From Asterias rubens (Eukaryota), in NCBI RefSeq assembly GCF_902459465.1, contig NW_022985693.1, positions 372,001 through 436,000 of the forward strand: a DNA stretch of 64,000 bases, read 5' to 3'. Made by a program: the position numbers and the translations under genes. The notes under the pieces are model-generated. The model had not been told where the DNA came from and made no database searches. It worked only from the letters and a program-made list of their open reading frames with translations. This document shows, piece after piece, positions 61,046 through 64,000 of the stretch (position 1 is its first letter; the number at the start of each line of letters is the position of its first letter).

Positions 61046-61093
61046 TTCAATCTGGGCCTGAACGTTCCTTTTTGTATTTTGGGAGGGATTCAG

Positions 61094-61666
61094 CAGCCGA
61101 TTTCAAGAAACGCTAGGATTAATCTTATTTCGAGTTAGGACGAGTTGTCCTAACTTAGAATGGGTTCAATGCGTTCTTATGTCTTTAGATACGGAACATA
61201 ACTCATTCTGAGGGGTTAGATTAATCCTAATTCGAGTTAGGACAAGTTGTCCTAACTTAGGATGGGTTCAATGCGTTCTTATGTCTTTAGATACGGAACA
61301 TAACTTATTCTGAGGGGTTAGATTAATCCTAATTCGAGTTACGACGAGTTGTCCTAACTTAGGAAGGGTTCAATGCGTTTTTACGTCTTTGGATACGGAA
61401 CATAACTCATTCTGAGGGGTTAGATTAATCCTAATTCGAGTTAGGACAAGTTGTCCTAACTTAGGATGGGTTCAATGCGTTCTTACGTCTTTGGATACGA
61501 AACATAACACATTCTGAGGGGTTAGATTAATCCTAATTCGAGTTAGGACGAGTTGTCCCAACTTAGGACGGGTTCAATGCGTTCTTACGTCTTTGTATAC
61601 GGAACATAACTCATTCTGAGGGGTTAGATAAGTCCTAAGTAAGGAAGAGTTTGGTAAAATCGACGG
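61094..61666. mobile_element. Harbinger-like MITE (CAG TSD) enclosing five 102 bp tandem units
   Basis: CAG|cagccgatttcaagaaacgc ... gagtttggtaaaatcgacgg|CAG; gattaatc recurs at 61117, 61219, 61321, 61423 and 61525. Confidence 0.7.
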
Positions 61667-61865
61667 CAGGAGACTCTTGCAACAGAAATAATTTTTTCCA
61701 TTTAAAATCATTAATTGTTCTGTTAAAGTAAATCATTTTAATGATTTGGGTTTTTACCCAAACTCATTTTGTCTATTTCCATCCATTGTTTGCACAGACT
61801 GACTATTTGTAGTAGTTGAATTGTAGTTTTTGGAGTTAGTTTGATCTGTATATAACCAAGATTCA

Positions 61866-64000
61866 CATTGCAGTTGATTATTGCTCATGTAGACATGTTT
61901 GGATGAATGCTATATCTGTCTCTTATTCAACTCCCAACTTTAGACATTGTCAATAAATCTAGATTGATATTGCAGTTGATTATTGCTCATGTAGACTTGT
62001 TTGGATGAATGCTATATCTGTCTCTTATACTCCCAACTTTAGACATTGTAAATAAATCTAGATTGATATTGCAGTTGATTATTGCTCATGTAGACTTGTT
62101 TGGATGAATGCTATATCTGTCTCTTATACTCCCAACTTTAGACATTGTAAATAAATCTAGTTGATATTGCAGTTGATTATTGCTCATGTAGACTTGTTTA
62201 GATGAATGCTATATCTGTCTCTTATTATACTCTCAACTTTAGACATTGTCAATAAATCTAGATTGATATTGCAGTTGATTATTGCTCATGTAGACTTGTT
62301 TAGATGAATGCTATATCTGTCTCTTATTATACTCTCAACTTTAGACATTGTCAATAAATCTAGATTGATATTGCAGTTGATTATTGCTCATATAGACTTG
62401 TTTGGATGAATGCTATATCTGTCTCTTATTCAACTCTCAACTTTAGACATTGTCAATAAATCTAGATTGATATTGCAGTTGATTATTGCTCATGTAGACT
62501 TGTTTAGATGAATGCTATATCTGTCTCTTATTATACTCCCAACTTTAGACATTGTCAATAAATCTAGATTGATATTGCAGTTGACTATTGCTCATGTAGA
62601 CTTGTTTAGATGAATGCTATATCTGTCTCTTATTATACTCCCAACTTTAGACATTGTAAATAAATCTAGATTGATATTGCAGTTGATTATTGCTCACGTA
62701 GACTTGTTTAGATGAATGCTATATCTGTCTCTTATACTCCCAGCTTTAGACATTGTTAATAAATCTAGATTGATATTGCAGTTGATTATTGCTCATGTAG
62801 ACTTGTTTGGATGAATGCTATATCTGTCTCTTATTATACTCTCAACTTTAGACATTGTCAATAAATCTAGATTGATATTGCAGTTGATTATTGCTCATGT
62901 AGACTTGTTTGGATGAATGCTATATCTGTCTCTTATTATACTCTCAACTTTAGACATTGTCAATAAATCTAGATTGATATTGCAGTTGATTATTACTCAT
63001 GTAGACTTGTTTAGATGAATACTATATCTGTCTCTTATTATACTCTCAACTTTAGACATTGTCAATAAATCTAGATTGATATTGCAGTTGATTATTGCTC
63101 ATGTAGACTTGTTTAGATGAATGCTATATCTGTCTCTTATTATACTCCCAACTTTAGACATTGTTAATAAATCTAGATTGATATTGCAGTTGATTATTGC
63201 TCATGTAGACTTGTTTAGATGAATGCTATATCTGTCTCTTAGTATACTCCCAACTTTAGACATTGTTAATAAATCTAGATTGATATTACAGTTGATTATT
63301 TCTCATGTAGACTTGTTTGGATGAATGCTATATCTGTCTCTTATTATACTCTCAACTTTAGACATTGTTAATAAATCTAGATTGATATTGCAGTTTATTA
63401 TTGCTCATGTAGACTTGTTTAGTTGAATGCTATATCTGTCTCTTATACTCCCAACTTTAGACATTGTCAATAAATCTAGATTGACATTGCAGTTGATTAT
63501 TGCTCATGTAGACTTGTTTGGATGAATGCTATATCTGTCTCTTATTATACTCCCAACTTTAGACATTGTTAATAAATCTAGATTGATATTGCAGTTGATT
63601 ATTGCTCATGTAGACTTGTTTAGATGAATGCTATATCTGTCTCTAATTATACTCTCAACTTTAGACATTGTTAATAAATCTAGATTGATATTGCAGTTGA
63701 TTATTGCTCATGTAGACTTGTTTGGATGAATGCTATATCTGTCTCTTATTATACTCCCAACTTTAGACATTGTAAATAAATCTAGATTGATATTGCAGTT
63801 GATTATTGCTCATGTAGACTTGTTTAGATGAATGCTATATCTGTCTCTTATTATACTCTCTACTTTAGACATTGTCAATAAATCTAGATTGATATTGCAG
63901 TTGATTATTGCTCATGTAGACCTGTTTAGATGAATGCTATATCTGTCTCTTATTATACTCTCAACTTTAGACATTGTTAATAAATCTAGATTGATATTGC
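61866..64000 (+). repeat. ~98-102 bp satellite, ~21 copies, running off the window
   Basis: gttgattattgctcatgtagacttgttt.gatgaatgctatatctgtctctta(tta)tactc.caactttagacattgt.aataaatctagattgatattgca repeated in tandem. Confidence 0.98.

Noticed and set aside
56990-64000. Regular arrays that might be taken for CRISPR
   Set aside because: Units are head-to-tail with no unique spacers, there are no cas genes, and the DNA is eukaryotic.

Overview
AT-rich, repeat-dense eukaryotic (animal) DNA, not prokaryotic. The SINE/MITE families, GT-AG introns and TRIM gene type suggest an invertebrate deuterostome, probably an echinoderm such as a sea star (inference). Only one convincing host protein-coding gene is present: a two-coding-exon RING-Bbox-Bbox-coiled coil-NHL TRIM E3 ligase (55166-56438 + 57701-58314, +). 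There is also a young 5'-truncated L2-clade LINE whose ORF is still open (49792-52442). The most interesting hidden signal is a heavily decayed reading frame at about 6.05-11.85 kb. It carries, in the right order, degenerate versions of the negative-strand RNA virus (Bunyaviricetes-like) L-polymerase motifs F/pre-A, A, B, C, D and E, and it abuts the 3' end of a Gypsy LTR relic, so it is a candidate endogenous viral element. Other items: two CpG-decayed hammerhead ribozyme motifs (Penelope/retrozyme type), many MITEs (hAT, TTAA/Kolobok-like, CWG/Harbinger-like), several with tandem arrays grown inside them, SINEs, RTE/L2/Penelope relics, a possible bidirectional promoter with a triplicated exon cassette, and many minisatellites. 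All calls were made by eye with no database searches, so relic boundaries are approximate.
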